A stretch of DNA of 64,000 bases, taken from positions 30,194,001 through 30,258,000 of the forward strand of contig OX597835.1 in NCBI GenBank assembly GCA_951406725.2, written 5' to 3'. Made by a program: the position numbers and the translations under genes. Every line of letters begins with the position of its first letter. Positions within the stretch are counted from its first letter, which is position 1. The notes beneath the pieces are model-generated. The model was not told the DNA's origin, did no database searches, and saw only the letters and a program-made list of their open reading frames with translations. Shown piece by piece: positions 12,889 to 27,722 of the stretch. Source of the DNA: Octopus vulgaris. Taxonomy: Eukaryota.

Positions 12889-13895
12889 GTATTTAAATAA
12901 ACACATAGGGACAAAGAATTGTCACCAATAATTTCACGGTAATCGGTAATCTTATCTTGCTATCTTTCTCCTATGCTAAAAGACAGCATAACTCCTGTAT
13001 TCCATACTTCCAGTTCCATTTACCAAATTATTGTTGATGCGTTAACCTGTGATAATCCTCCTTGGTGGATGGGGGTAGGTACTGGTTAGGTGGAAGATGG
13101 TAGATTGTAGGGAAGTTTTCACATAGGGGTAGATTTAATTGGGTATGTAGTATGACGGTAAAATCTGGAACCGGTGATGATGGAGGGAGAGATGGTGTTG
13201 CTTCATGAAAAGTTCTGGTAGATCTTTAAACATATTCTTTTGTTCAGTTATTGTTTTATCTGTTTCAGTCATTTGACTGCGACCATGCTGGAGCACCGCC
13301 TTTAGTGGATGAAATCGACCCCAGGACTTATTCTTTGTATGCGTAGTACTTATTCTATCGCACTGTTTTGCCAAAATGCTAAGTTACGGGGACGTAAACA
13401 CACCAGCGTCGGTTGTGAAGCGATGTGGGGGGGGGGGCAAAAACAGACACATAAAACATAGACACAGACACACATATACGACAGTTTCAGTTTCCTTCTA
13501 CCAAATCCACTCACAAGTCATTGGTCGGCCCGAGGCTATAGAAGAAGTTGGGTATATCAGCCGGAACGTTGTGTTAGCAACAAAGAAAATGAGGAAAATA
13601 ACCGTCAAAGGTAAATAATGTATATAATTCCTCATCTCTGGAAATTTGTTGTCCAGTTATTTAACGATTAAAATAAAATAACATTATCTGGTTCTCATCC
13701 TCTCTCCTGTAATGTTCCCCCACCACAATCTGCTCCAACCCCCCCCCCCCGCTACTACCGCCTTAAAAGTTTCCTACGTAAACTACTAACTGGAGTAAGC
13801 GAATCATTCTATGGCTAAAGCTATCCAGGGAATCATGAAATGACACGGAATATTGATTCTTGGAATGTGTTTTAAAAAATGTCTAATTCACCCAA

Positions 13896-14302
13896 TACTC
13901 TTTTACTCTTTTACTCGTTTCAGTCATTTGACTGTGGCCATGCTGGAGCACCACCTTTAGTCGAGCAAATCAAGCCCAGGACTTATTCTTTGTAAGCCTA
14001 GTACTTATTCTATCGGTTTCTTTTGCCGAACCGCTAAGTTACGGGGACGTAAACACACCAGCATCGATTGTCAAACGATGTTGGGGGAGACAAACACAAC
14101 ACACAAACATACACATATATATATATATATACATATATACGACGGGCTTCTTTCAGTTTCCGTCTACCAAATCCACTCACAAGGCTTTGGTCTGCCCGAG
14201 GCTATAGTAGAATACACTTGCCCAAGGTGCCACGCAGTGGGACTGAACCCGGAACCATGTGGTTCGTAAGCAAGCTACTTACCACACAGCCACTCCTACG
14301 CC
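13896..14302 (-). mobile_element. tRNA-derived SINE family B, full-length
   Basis: Head ggcgtaggagtggctgtgtggtaag...gggttcagtccc, internal (TA)/(TG) tract, tail ggtgctccagcatggccacagtcaaatgactgaaac-(gagtaaaa)n. Other copies or fragments near 9795, 11445, 13255, 19418, 22520, 31135, 33705, 44975, 46400, 59035, 63545. Confidence 0.9.
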
Positions 14303-14688
14303 TAATGTAATCGTTTCTTTTTTCCTACGATGTAATAACTGTATTCATCAATAAAAAAATTCGTTTGAAACAGCTTTAGCGAATGAACCAATATCCTTCT
14401 GATATTATTTGGTTATTAATTACCGTATTCAAAACCCACAATTAGTGTGGATCTGGAATCTATTTAGCACTGTAGAATTGGTGCAGTGTGCTCCTAGATA
14501 CAGCCTTGACACTTGTTCTATATTCAATCGGGCGCTTCTGATCGTATATGTAACTGGAATGTTAATCCCTCTGCTCTGTACTTCTATGTTCCTCTAATTT
14601 TGTTTCGTGGAAGATTGCTATTTCCTTGATCTGTTCTTAATTCACTCGAATCCTGAACTATTAATATTTTATTATACATACAGACGTA

Positions 14689-14855
14689 GGCGTAGGAGCG
14701 GCTGTGTGGTAAATAGCTTGCTTACCAACCACATGGTTCCGGGTTCAGTCCCACTGCGTGGCACCTCGGGCAAGTTTCTACTACTATAGCCTCGGGCCGA
14801 CCAAGGGATTGTGAGTGGATTTGGCAGACGGAAAGATGCACGTCGTGTATATGTC

Positions 14856-14898
<43 letters not shown>

Positions 14899-15106
14899 CC
14901 GTAAATATAAGAGAGTTTTTACCTAAATAGGTTAACTCTAGTGCTAGAAATAGCTCCTCTGGTATAATCGCCGACGATAACTCCACACAGTAATAGCACT
15001 ACTCTCAACGTAAAGAAAATGAAATACAACTAAAAAATGGACTAATGTTGTACAATTGTTTCTTCATTATTAAATTAATATCTAATTTTTTCACCCTCAT
15101 TTTTGA

Positions 15107-15192
<86 letters not shown>

Positions 15193-15412
15193 ATATGCGT
15201 GTGTTTGTATGTCTGTGTTTGTCCCCCCTACATCCCTTGACAACCGATGCTGGTGTGTTTACGTTCCCGAAACTTAGTGGTTCGGCAAAAGAGACCGATA
15301 GACTAAGTACTAGGCTTACAAAGAATAAGTTCTGGAGTCGATTTGCTCGACAAAACACGGTGCTCCAGCATGGCCACAGCCAAATGACTGAAACAAGTAA
15401 AAGAGTAAAAGA
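14689..15412 (+). mobile_element. SINE family B split by a ~210-bp insert inside its internal (TA)n
   Basis: 5' half 14689-14850, 3' half 15200-15412, non-SINE sequence at 14897-15109. Confidence 0.8.
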
Positions 15413-16161
15413 AAAAGATATACATATATGTAAAAGTCTACGTACATACTGATATTCTCACGCAGGTACCGAATTAGACATTACACAACTATTGTAACGT
15501 TATTGCCACCTTGACCTCAGCATGACACTGGTATCTTAACAACCTGCAAATTACGACTAATTTTTGCCACACGTGCACGGGCTTTGAACTTAGAATCCAG
15601 AAGCCAAATGTTTGATAAAAAAAGATGGTGTCGCATCACGTTTGGTGTTTCAATAATTCAATTATGAGTTAATCTATTTCCGAGCATTTGTGCATCTTTT
15701 CTGTATGTAAATGTGTATGTGAATTTATGCATGTGTGTATATTTATATGTGTGTATATGTATATTTATATGCATGTGTATCCAGGTGTACACTTGTGTGT
15801 ATGTGTATATGTTCCATGCATATGTATGTATGGGTGTATGTTTGTAAATTATATTGTTGTTGACACCATTCATTCCCCTCCAGGGTCTACCGTTCGCGCG
15901 TCTTCCCACCCAGCTCTATCCCTCAACACATTTTCCGCCGCGCCCCGTGATACCCATGCTTCTACTCGAACACTCATTTCAAGAGTCAAACATCTGCCTT
16001 AACAGACAATTGAACACTCAAATATACACGCACACACATACAAACATTCATACGTGCAAGCACACTGATCCAGGAGAGTATACACTAACAATGATACACA
16101 CACGCACACACACACATACACAAATACATGAATATATTCATATATATATAGATATATATAT

Positions 16162-16196
<35 letters not shown>

Positions 16197-16312
16197 CATA
16201 AGTATATACATATATATATATTCATATACATAAACACACATATACATATATATCCATATATATACACATATACATATATATACACACAAACATATATATA
16301 CATAAGTATATA

Positions 16313-16533
16313 TATTTCTTTACTACCCACAAGGGGCTAAACACAGAGAGGACAAACAAACGGATTAAGTCGATTATATCGACCCCAGTGCGTAACTGGT
16401 ACTTATTTAATCGACCCCGAAAGGATGAAAGGTAAAGTCGACCTCGGCGGAATTTGAACTCACAACGTAGCGGCAGACGAAATACGGCTACGCATTTCAC
16501 CCGGCGAGCTAACGTCTCTGCCAGCTCGCCGCC
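16313..16533 (-). mobile_element. SINE family A monomer with 14-bp TSD
   Basis: ataagtatatatat at 16302-16315 and 16534-16547. Confidence 0.9.
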
Positions 16534-16538
16534 ATAAG

Positions 16539-16621
<83 letters not shown>

Positions 16622-16783
16622 GTGTGTGCATATGAATGTATATCTGTATGTATAGAAATACATACAAACATACTTATATACACATTCACACATAAACGCA
16701 CACACTCGTGCTTATGTTTTATATATTTATATATATGCATATATCTATGCGCATAATGTGTGTCTGTGTGTAGACATACATAC

Positions 16784-16819
<36 letters not shown>

Positions 16820-16883
16820 CGCCACGCTCACAAATTTGTGTACATACATTTAAATGCAAAAAAAACATATAGTTATCTCTCTC

Positions 16884-16930
<47 letters not shown>

Positions 16931-16932
16931 GT

Positions 16933-16973
<41 letters not shown>

Positions 16974-16984
16974 TAGATAGATAT

Positions 16985-17044
<60 letters not shown>

Positions 17045-17389
17045 ATGTGCATCATACACCTGCATCCAGGTATTTCTACATACACACATACATGCACATA
17101 TACATGCACACACATTCATACACACACATATACAAACGAATGACAATTGCTCATCGCGAATCAATATGTTTGTCCCCATTCCGTTGTCAATATTGTTCCT
17201 TTGAACACGTGAAAGACTGTTACCATCTTCCGACAATTTTTTTTACAATAGCAAATAATCCTTTCTAATATTCGCACAAGGGCTGAAACTTTGGAGTAGG
17301 GGGTCTAGTCGATTACATCGACCCCAGCGTTTCACTGGTACGTAATTTATCGCTCCTGAAGGGATGAAGGCAAAGTCGCCCTCGGCTAT

Positions 17390-17457
<68 letters not shown>

Positions 17458-17699
17458 TGATGACGACGACGACGGATTCAGAAGTCGGAAATGACATATG
17501 AGTGTTCAGCCTTGTCGATCGATCTATACAATTGATTTGTTTATAGTGATCGAATATTCGTACCTTTCATTACCTCACTCTCTCTCCATCAAATCGACAT
17601 TGCCCGAACAGGTGCATGGTGTACCATGTATCAGATGATGAAGTGATTGTAGAGCAATGTAAGATGAAGTGTGTTGCTCAAGAACACAAAATAGCAATT

Positions 17700-18477
17700 A
17701 GTCTAGGAATTGAAAGCCGGATTTCACGGGAGAACTGTAATCAGAAAAAAAAAAACTACTTTTAAAATTAAAGGTTGCAAAGCGCTCAGAGTGGAGCAAC
17801 AACCTATAGAATTGGTCCCTAGAGCAGTGGAAGAATGTTATTTTCTCGGACGAGTTATCCTCTACATTATTTTCGACCACCGCCCGAGTAAATGTGTACA
17901 GACAGCCAAAAGAAGCATTTGACGCAGACTTCCTTCTTCCATCTGTTAAACATGGAGGAGGATCTGTGATGATCTGGGAGACTATATCTTGAAAATCCAC
18001 CGACCCAATAGTTTTCCTTCATGGATGAATTAATAGTCAAGACTACTTCAGCATTTTATCTGATCAAATTCATCCTATGGTTTCGAAACTGTTTCCGGAG
18101 GGAAACGCAATCTTTCAGGATGATAATGCACCAATTCACACAGCTAAAGTTGTTACTGAATGGCACGAAGAACATTCTAGTGAAGTTGAACATCATATCT
18201 AGCTACCACAGTCCCTAGTTTTCAATGTTATTGAACATTTATGGGGCATTTTAGAAAAACAAGTAGGAGTCGATATCCTCCACCATCATCACAACAAGAA
18301 CTGGATACTGTTTTAGCTGAAGAATTAACAAAAATCCCTTTGGAGACAATTCAAACTTTGTACAAGACAATACCTCGTAGAATTCAAGGAATAATTACTG
18401 CTAAATGCGGTCCTATCCCATATCAAAATAAATTTGCTTGAAATTTTAAGGTATTTTTATGATTTTGTCCAAGCTCT

Positions 18478-18479
<2 letters not shown>
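17700..18479 (+). pseudogene. Decayed Tc1-like transposase (catalytic domain, DD36E spacing) with probable 3' TIR
   Basis: WKNVIFSDE, LPSVKHGGGSVMIW, FQDDNAPIHTAKVV, NVIEHLWG motifs; in-frame stops and frameshifts. Confidence 0.9.
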
Positions 18480-18511
<32 letters not shown>

Positions 18512-18512
<1 letters not shown>

Positions 18513-19334
18513 TAGTTGACGTACCCGGTAATCCCGGGAAAACGGGGCTTATCCCTTGGTTCCTTTCTCATAATTGTTTCGCTAGTCCAATGACAACAAT
18601 ACAAAGGATGTAGCCCGTAAAACGGTTTTTGTACATTTACAGAGAATATCGAACTTAGGATCTTACACAGGATCTTATTTTTAGGAATTCCCAATAAGTA
18701 ATGAATATCCATATTGTGAAGTCAGTCATGTAATAACATGAAATTTGTTACCCGATGGTAAGAATTCAAATAAAGTAGCGCCGAAAAGGGCTTTAATGCA
18801 TTCCCAGAGTATAGGAGTATACCAACTAATATGGTATGTATACTAAAATCGTGAAGCATGTTACGTAATAACAAGCTAATCAGATATGAGTTAACAATTC
18901 AAAGTAAAAAACTCTGAAAAGGGATTTTGTGCGTTCCCAGAGAATATTACCCTCAGAGGCGCTAGTGTTGGTAAATTCGTGAATAATTTAGTAACCGAAA
19001 TAAGTGGATTTATTGTTTAGGAAAATACTATCAACTTGTTTGCAAAAAAACCCTAACAGTTCAAATACTAAAAAATAAGCATACTCAATTTGATTTATAC
19101 AAAATAATTTAGGAAAATGAATGGGTTATTCCCCTTGGCTGTTAAAATGAAATATATTAGATATATATACGGATCCCTTCCAATGGCCCTATTATCGAGT
19201 ATGCCATGGGGTTTCCAGATATGAGTTCTACTGGCGTGTCACGTTTCATCAAAATGGATAAAACGATGTAGGTGGATTTAGCTAACAACTCCACAAACAC
19301 TCCCACAGACAGAATTTTCCACATATGTAGTAGA
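18512..19334 (-). mobile_element. Non-autonomous Helitron
   Basis: Minus strand begins TC at 19334 and ends with hairpin CCCGG-gatta-CCGGG then CTAG at 18512, between A and T, no TSD. Confidence 0.72.
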
Positions 19335-19343
19335 TATACATTC

Positions 19344-19417
<74 letters not shown>

Positions 19418-19574
19418 TGGTTTCTGTCAGTTTCTTTCTATTAAATCCACTCACAAAGCTTGGTTCGGCCCAAGGGTTTTATAGAAAGCAGTTACACAAG
19501 TTACTACGGAGTAGGACTGAACTGTGAGCCATAAGACTGGAAAACGTACTTGTTACCGCATAGCCTCCGCCTAC

Positions 19575-19614
<40 letters not shown>

Positions 19615-19633
19615 TATATATATATATACGTAT

Positions 19634-19683
<50 letters not shown>

Positions 19684-20215
19684 TTGAGTAGTTGCATGAA
19701 TTATCTTGTTATGGATAATTCGGTTAATTCCACAAACACAATCACGCACACTCATACACACACACAAACACACACATTAATGCCGTTATATACAGTCACA
19801 CACACAGACACTCACTTACAAAAGAAAATTCACCATTCATTTGAACTGCACCCTTTCACCTTCCTATTCTTATGCCTCTCTTCTCCTACTTCGTTTGAAC
19901 TCTTGAACCTTTAGAACCTTCTAGATTCTTCTACATCCAACCATTTTGACGTCACTCCTTATAAAGGAATTTTTTAAAGAGACACTCATTTTCACTATGG
20001 GCTCCGTGTGAGCAGTCATCTAATAGTTTTTTGTGCATCTTGGTGTTGACATAAGTTCCTTGCTTTTCCTGATAAGAAAGCGGCATAATGTACTCCTTAT
20101 TCCTTCGCCATTATGAATATGCAGCCTTCGAAACATATGTCGAAAATAAAGGAATTTTGTTAATTCGTCGTTCAACTCCATTCTTTCATATATTTATATA
20201 TATATATAGAGAGAG

Positions 20216-20302
<87 letters not shown>

Positions 20303-20330
20303 AAGAGATATGTATGCAGATAACCATGTA

Positions 20331-20526
20331 CGAGGAGGTGTTGAACTGTTCCTGCCTTTGGGTGAAAGAAAATCCAGGAGGAGCTGTTAATCCTGTTTCT
20401 GTTAATTTTTTCTCACATTCACAGGCTTATTGCCGCGGTCCTTCAGTTATTCTAAAACCTGCAAATGAACCCGAATGTTTGGTCTTATGATACCCTAAAA
20501 TCCAGCAACTTTCCAACACCCTTTCG
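20331..20526. mobile_element. mariner-type MITE
   Basis: TA-cgaggaggtgttgaactgttcctg ... cagcaactttccaacaccctttcg-TA: imperfect TIRs with TA duplication. Confidence 0.65.
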
Positions 20527-20800
20527 TATGTGTATAGTCAATATTTTATACGTCCGTAATAGTATACATTTCTCAGTAATACTTGTTTGACAGGTTGACT
20601 CGATTTGAGGCGGTGTATGAAGTTGAATAGAAAATAATTACAATTTTGAAAGAGTCATTTTAGCAATTTTAACAGAAGATAAAGACGGGCAAAAGAAATG
20701 CAAGAACAACAACAAAAAAGACAAACAAGGAAAAAGCAGCAAGTACAACAACAACAAAAAATCAATCAACATAGACACGCGGGCGAGCACACAAATACAG

Positions 20801-20865
<65 letters not shown>

Positions 20866-21084
20866 CGGAGGGAATTAGACATAATAAAAAAGAGCAACGA
20901 AATCAACGAGAATTGGAATAAAATAGGTTGAAATGATTGAAGCAATTTGCAATAAATTAGCAGAGGTAATAGAATAATGAACTGTGTGTGTGTGTGTGAC
21001 TTATATGTTGTTATTATTTACTGGTGTATATCTTCAGCGTGTAGAAACGTGTGTGGTCGCTACGTACACATGAGAGTACTATGT

Positions 21085-21149
<65 letters not shown>

Positions 21150-21158
21150 ACATATATT

Positions 21159-21221
<63 letters not shown>

Positions 21222-21270
21222 ATATATATATTCAAACATATAAATATAAATGTATAAAATGCTTTTTTGT

Positions 21271-21371
<101 letters not shown>

Positions 21372-21530
21372 CATATATATACATATATATACATATAGAC
21401 ACATATATACACCGATACAGTTACAGAATAAACATTATTAATCTTGGCACCATTAAATATATTTCTAATGATGGAAACATTTTTTCTTTCTTTTTATGTG
21501 TCCCTTCAAATGCACATACACACACACACA

Positions 21531-21568
<38 letters not shown>

Positions 21569-21738
21569 AATACACACTCACAATCGTATATACAGACATA
21601 GAGGCACACACACACATACCTATGCCCATATATCTAAATATGTACCTATATACAAATACAGGAAGAAAATACATATGCGTATGTAGGAACACAATGGAAT
21701 GTGTATATGTGTATGTCTATGTGTGTGTGTATGCATGA

Positions 21739-21804
<66 letters not shown>

Positions 21805-22015
21805 ATTATGTAGGTTTGTCGTTGTAAATCTTTGCGCGAACATCAGCTACTGACTATTGTTTATGTACGAGCCATCATACAAGCTATTAAATGTCTAAAT
21901 AGCTTAATAAGTTTTATTGTTTAACTAACAGTTATTAATGTGAGAATACATATAGTATATATAATATATATATATGTATGTATATATATATATACGTACA
22001 TATATACATATATAC

Positions 22016-22046
<31 letters not shown>

Positions 22047-22079
22047 CAGATAGAAAGATATAGATATATCTAGAGAGAC

Positions 22080-22111
<32 letters not shown>

Positions 22112-22192
22112 CTACACATACATATATATACATATACATATATGTGAGTGTATTTATACATGTAAAGTATGTGTTTGTGAGCGTGTGTGTTG

Positions 22193-22237
<45 letters not shown>

Positions 22238-22305
22238 CATATATATACATATACATATACATATATACAAATGTAAACTGTGTATGTCATTTAGAGCATG
22301 TATTG

Positions 22306-22378
<73 letters not shown>

Positions 22379-22994
22379 TCACAGACAACCAGGCACATAC
22401 ATCCATGCATTTTCACAAATTCAAAAGCAACGAGATGTGTTTATGTGAATCTTTAAATTTGTAATGAAGAATTGTAGAATTCCGCTTACAAATCCTCAAA
22501 CACATGTATATATATTCTTTTATTATTTTATTAGTTTTAGCCATTTGACTGCGGCCATCCTGGAGGACTCATTTTAGTCGAACAAATCTGTCTGAGGACT
22601 TATTCTTTGTGAGCCTTGTTCTTATTCTATCGGTCTCTTTTGCCGAGCCGCTAGGTTACGAGGACGTAAAAACACCAATATTGGATATATAGTTCTATAC
22701 ACATACAGAAATGTCTGTCTATCAATCTCTCTCTCTCTTTCTATCTATTTGTTTACTTATCTTTATATCTGTATGTCTTTCTGTATGTTTATCTGTCTAC
22801 CTCTTTCGCAGTCTATTCATCTCTCTATCTGTCTGTCTCTCTCTATCTGTGTGTCTGTCTTTCTGTCTGTCTATCTATCTATCTACCTATCTATATATCT
22901 ATGTGTAAGGGAAGTCGAAATATTTTTGGCCAATGCCGTAACATACATTATGTCTATATCATCCATGTATATATATATATATATATAAAAGTAT

Positions 22995-23575
22995 AAAGAA
23001 ACCCCTTCGGTTATGAATGCCCATGGGATTGCTCTTAGAAAGTTCTCCTCCGAGGTACAAGTCCGAGCAAGGTTGTTTATGGAAGACCAGCAGTCGCCCA
23101 TGCATGTCGGTCTCCCATCTCCACACCATCGATGTTACCCAAGGGAAAGGCAAAAGTTGATACAGTTTGGTACCAGTGAAGTCGCAACTCATTTCTACAG
23201 CTGAGTAAAACGGAGTGAAATGGAGCAAGGTGGAATTAATTGCCTTGTTCAAGAACACAACACTCAACTCGGTCCGCGAATCGAACTCATGATTGTGAGT
23301 TCGACGGTCTAATACCTATTTCTTTACTACCCACAAGGGGCTAAACACAGAGGGGACAAACAAGGACAGACAAACGGATTAAGTCGATTACATCGACCCC
23401 AGTGCGTAACTGGTACTTAATTTATCGACCCCGAAAGGATGAAAGGCAAAGTCGACCTCGGCGGAATTTGAACTCAGAACGCAGCGGCAGACGAAATACC
23501 GCTAAGCATTTCGCCCGGCGTGCAAACGTTTCTGCCAGCTCACCGCTCATCGACGGTCTAATACCGAGCCATGTA
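22995..23575 (-). mobile_element. tRNA-derived SINE family C interrupted by a SINE A
   Basis: Homologous to 38261-38603; SINE A lies between its A and B boxes. Confidence 0.85.
23311..23546 (-). mobile_element. SINE family A monomer with 16-bp TSD
   Basis: tcgacggtctaatacc at 23301-23316 and 23550-23565. Confidence 0.92.
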
Positions 23576-24044
23576 CCTTTACACACACATACTCGCACAA
23601 CACAAACACACTTTTATATATGTCAACAACGTCTGATTTTATTTTTGGAATATCAAAATATCACAATATTACATATTACAATATTGCTAGTACTTTCACG
23701 TTTTATGACAATCTTCAGGGAAAGGTTTATGCGTAACAGTATTAACGAACAGTTAATGTGTTTCACATTTGACAGCTGTAATGAAATGTCCGGACTTGTT
23801 TTTGTGGTGGCGGCGGTGAACGGGTAGAATCATTAGCACACCAAATAAGCAGCCTAGCAGCATTTAATCCATCTTTACATTCTGCAGACGTTGACTCTTT
23901 CATCATTTTGGAGTCGATACAAGTATCACTTGAGTACAGGGGTCATTGTAATCAATTTCTCTCCCTTGGACGTGCTGGCGTTGAGCCAAAACTTGAAACC
24001 AATATCCTTTGAGGTTCATAGTACAAATCATGTATTATTTTGTC

Positions 24045-24459
24045 TCTTCTTCTTCTTCTTCTTCTTCTTCTTCTTCTTCTTCTTCTTCTTCTTCTTCTTC
24101 TTCTTCTTCTTCTTCTTCTTCTCCTCCTTCTTCTTCTTCTTCTTCTTCTTCTTCTCCTTCTTCTTCTTCTTCTTCTTCTTCTTCTTCTCCTCCTTCTTCT
24201 TCTTCTTCTTCTTCTTCTTCTTCTTCTTCTTTTTCTTATTATTATTATTCGTCACCGTCGTCATCATCACCTTCATCATCATCATCATCATAATTAATTC
24301 TACCACCACCGCCATACCACCACAATCACCGCCATCATCATCATTATCATTATGGTGATAGTGATGGTGGTGGTGTTGGTAGTGGAGGTAGTGGCTGCAG
24401 TGGTATTTGTTGTTGTTGTGGGGGTGGTGGCGAAAACGAAGAAAGGGAAGATGAAGAGT

Positions 24460-24537
<78 letters not shown>

Positions 24538-24570
24538 CAGTAGCAGCAGCAGCAGCAGCAATAGTAGTAG
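24045..24570. repeat. (TTC)n, (CAT)n and (TAG)n microsatellites
   Basis: Direct inspection. Confidence 0.95.
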
Positions 24571-25535
24571 TGTTTTGAATTCACGCTTTTGTTGCGGGAT
24601 TCAAACGAAAAACAAACAAGTTCTTTAGATGTTTAAACAAGGAATTATATTCGGGTTTATAAGTGTCTTTTTTTCATTCTATAAAATAGCGAAATCCCAG
24701 AAATGACTGAACACAAAGGTAAGTTAGTCTCGCAAATCCGTGTTTATTTCGTGAAAAACGGTCGTGTTTCGTTGTAAAAGGAAAATAACACTTATTAAGT
24801 ACAAACCCTTTCTTTTTATTTTTCTTCGTTTTATTGTTGTTAGGAATGAACTAAAAACGGGTCCTATGAAGTAAAGGAATGAAGAAAAGGTGTGCCTGGT
24901 GATGTGTGGGTGGGGGTGTTACCGGTGGTTTGAATGATGGTGGTGGAGGCTGGAGTGGTGGTGGCTGGAGTGGTGCTGGTAGTGGTGGTGGTAGTCATCG
25001 TCGTCGTCATTGAAGTGGCAGTGGGTAAAATAGTGGCGGTTGTGGTGGTGGCGGTAGTGGCATAGTTGGTGGTTGTGGTTGTGATAGAGGTGGTGATTCT
25101 GGTGATGGTGGTAGTAGTGGTAGTGGTGGAGGTAGTCGTCGTTGCCGTCGTTCAAGTGGCAGTGGGTATAGTAGTGGCGGTTGTGGTGGTGATGGTTGTG
25201 GTAAAGGTGGTGTTTCTGGTGGTGAGGGTAGTGGTGGCGGTGGTGGTTTTAATAGTCGGGTGATCCCATTGATCAAGTGGTACTTATTTCATCGACCGCG
25301 GAAGAATGAAAGGCAAAGTTGACCTCGGCGAAATTCGAACGTATAGACCATCAACACCATCACCACCACCACCACCAACACCATCCTCACCTTCCTCTTC
25401 CTCCTCCTTCCCGTCGTGATGATTATCTTCTTCGACATATTTGCCTCAATTTGAAAACGTTGGAAATATTCCTCGACCCAGTTTCGAACCTGACCAGAAA
25501 GATCTTTCTCTGTGTGTGTGTGTGAGATCTTCCCC

Positions 25536-25567
<32 letters not shown>

Positions 25568-25661
25568 TGTGTGTGTGTGTATGTGTGTGTGTGTGTGTAC
25601 TTTTCTCCCTCACCTTTTCTCCACTCCCCATCACTTTTTCTCTGCTTTTCCCCATCTCTTT

Positions 25662-25765
<104 letters not shown>

Positions 25766-25771
25766 GTACAC

Positions 25772-25816
<45 letters not shown>

Positions 25817-26228
25817 CACATACACTCATACGTACACACACACACGCGCAAAGATATACACACACACATAATCCAGTTGACATGTGTATCCACATTTAAC
25901 TTAAACGCTTCTCTCTTCAACTAAATGACCAACAAAGGAACACAACTCCCTGTCTCACACCTACACCGAACATGTATACACCCAGGCCACCGCCAACGAC
26001 ACTACAGTCTCTCATCTAACCTGTGCTTATGATACGTATACATTAGCGACTTTCGTTTCGTATCACAACACCCGCCTATATAGAATCTTTCAAAATAGCT
26101 TTACAATACAGAATGTAAATACACCGCGGCTTATAACTTGGGTAAACACTGCTGGCTAAATACGCTTGTAAAGACTCCGGACTTATACATCTAACACGCG
26201 TTTCGTGTATAAGGGTACAATATACAAC

Positions 26229-26261
<33 letters not shown>

Positions 26262-26714
26262 GACCACGACCACGACCACTACTACTAATGATGATAACGA
26301 TGGCGTGGTGGTGGTGGTGACGACGGTGGTGATGGTGATGATGTGGTGGAGATAATGTTGGTGGTGATTATGATGGTGATGATGCCGATGGGGATGGTAG
26401 TGGAAGTGAGGACGATGCTGATGATGACAACATCGATGATGATGATCATGACGATGATGATGATGGTGTGGTGGTGGCGGTGATGGGGACGGTGGTGGTG
26501 GAGTTGATGATGATGATGATAATAATAGTGATGATGATGATGATGATAATAATAGTGATGATGATGATGATGATTAAGGAACAAAAGAGGGTGTTAATGT
26601 CTTTGCCGTGCGAATTCTAAAGCGGTTTCTTGAAAGATAAATACCGTTTAACTGTGTTATGCATGTGTATATGAATGTATTTACTTATGTATGTATGCAT
26701 ATATGTATGTATGC

Positions 26715-26747
<33 letters not shown>

Positions 26748-26876
26748 TGTATGTATGTATGTATGTATGTATGTATGGACGTGTTTGTATGTATGCGTGG
26801 TTGTTTGTTTGCATATACGCATGCACGTACGTATGTATAAATGTATGTATATTTTATTTATATTGTATATGTATGT

Positions 26877-27325
26877 ATTTGGTCATCCCATAAATAATGC
26901 GGGTTTTTTTCAATTCCATGAACTAAAAGTCGGTGGGGGACGAGATAATCTACCTGTATCAACTTGCAATAATAGCAGGTAGTAATATAACTTGTCCTTA
27001 TTCTTAGTGCAAGTTTTGAAGAGTGCAGTTCGATTTTAACAGTTATTTTTTCAAAGCTATAATGGAAGTGACAAAGGAGCATATTTTGCTTCATGAGTTC
27101 AATAAAGTCAATAATGCAACCGTAAGTGCGAAGTATGTTAATGCAGTATATGGGCACTGGACGGTTAGCATAAGCCAGTGTCAACGATGGTTCCAGAAAT
27201 TCCGAGCCGGAAATTACAGCCTAGAAAACGAACCTCTTCCTGGAATAACTGTAGAGCTCGACGTGGACATAGACTGCAAACTCACGTGGAACAAAATTCC
27301 ATCTTAACTGTCGAGAAAGTAGAAA
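26877..27325 (+). mobile_element. 5' fragment of a mariner transposon
   Basis: ATG at 27062 gives MEVTKEHILLHEFNKVNNAT...VSISQCQRWFQKFRAGNYSLENEPLPG, the mariner HTH signature (WFxxFxxGxxSLExxPxxG); ends where a SINE B begins. Confidence 0.85.
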
Positions 27326-27722
27326 AGAAGCTTGCTTTCCAAGCACATGGTTCCGGGTTCAGTCCCACTGAGTGGTACCTTGGGCAAGTGTGTTCTACTA
27401 TAGCCTCGGGTCAACCGAAGCCTTGTGTGTGGATTTAGTTGACGGAAACTGAAATAAGCCCGTCGCATATATATATATATATATGTATACGATGGGCTCC
27501 TTATGTATATCTGTATTTGTGTGTTTTGTGTATGTCACCCAACCACCGCTTGACAACCGATGTTGTGTTTACATCCCCATAAATTAACGGTTTGACAAAA
27601 GAGACCGACAGAATAAAAACTAGGCCTACAAGGAATAAGTCCTGGGGGCGATTTGTTCGACTAGATGCGATGCTCCAGCATGGCTGCAGTCAAATCACTG
27701 AAACAAAATAAGAGTAAAAGAA
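27325..27722 (+). mobile_element. SINE family B
   Basis: cacatggttccgggttcagtcccactg ... gctccagcatggctgcagtcaaatcactgaaac. Confidence 0.88.
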
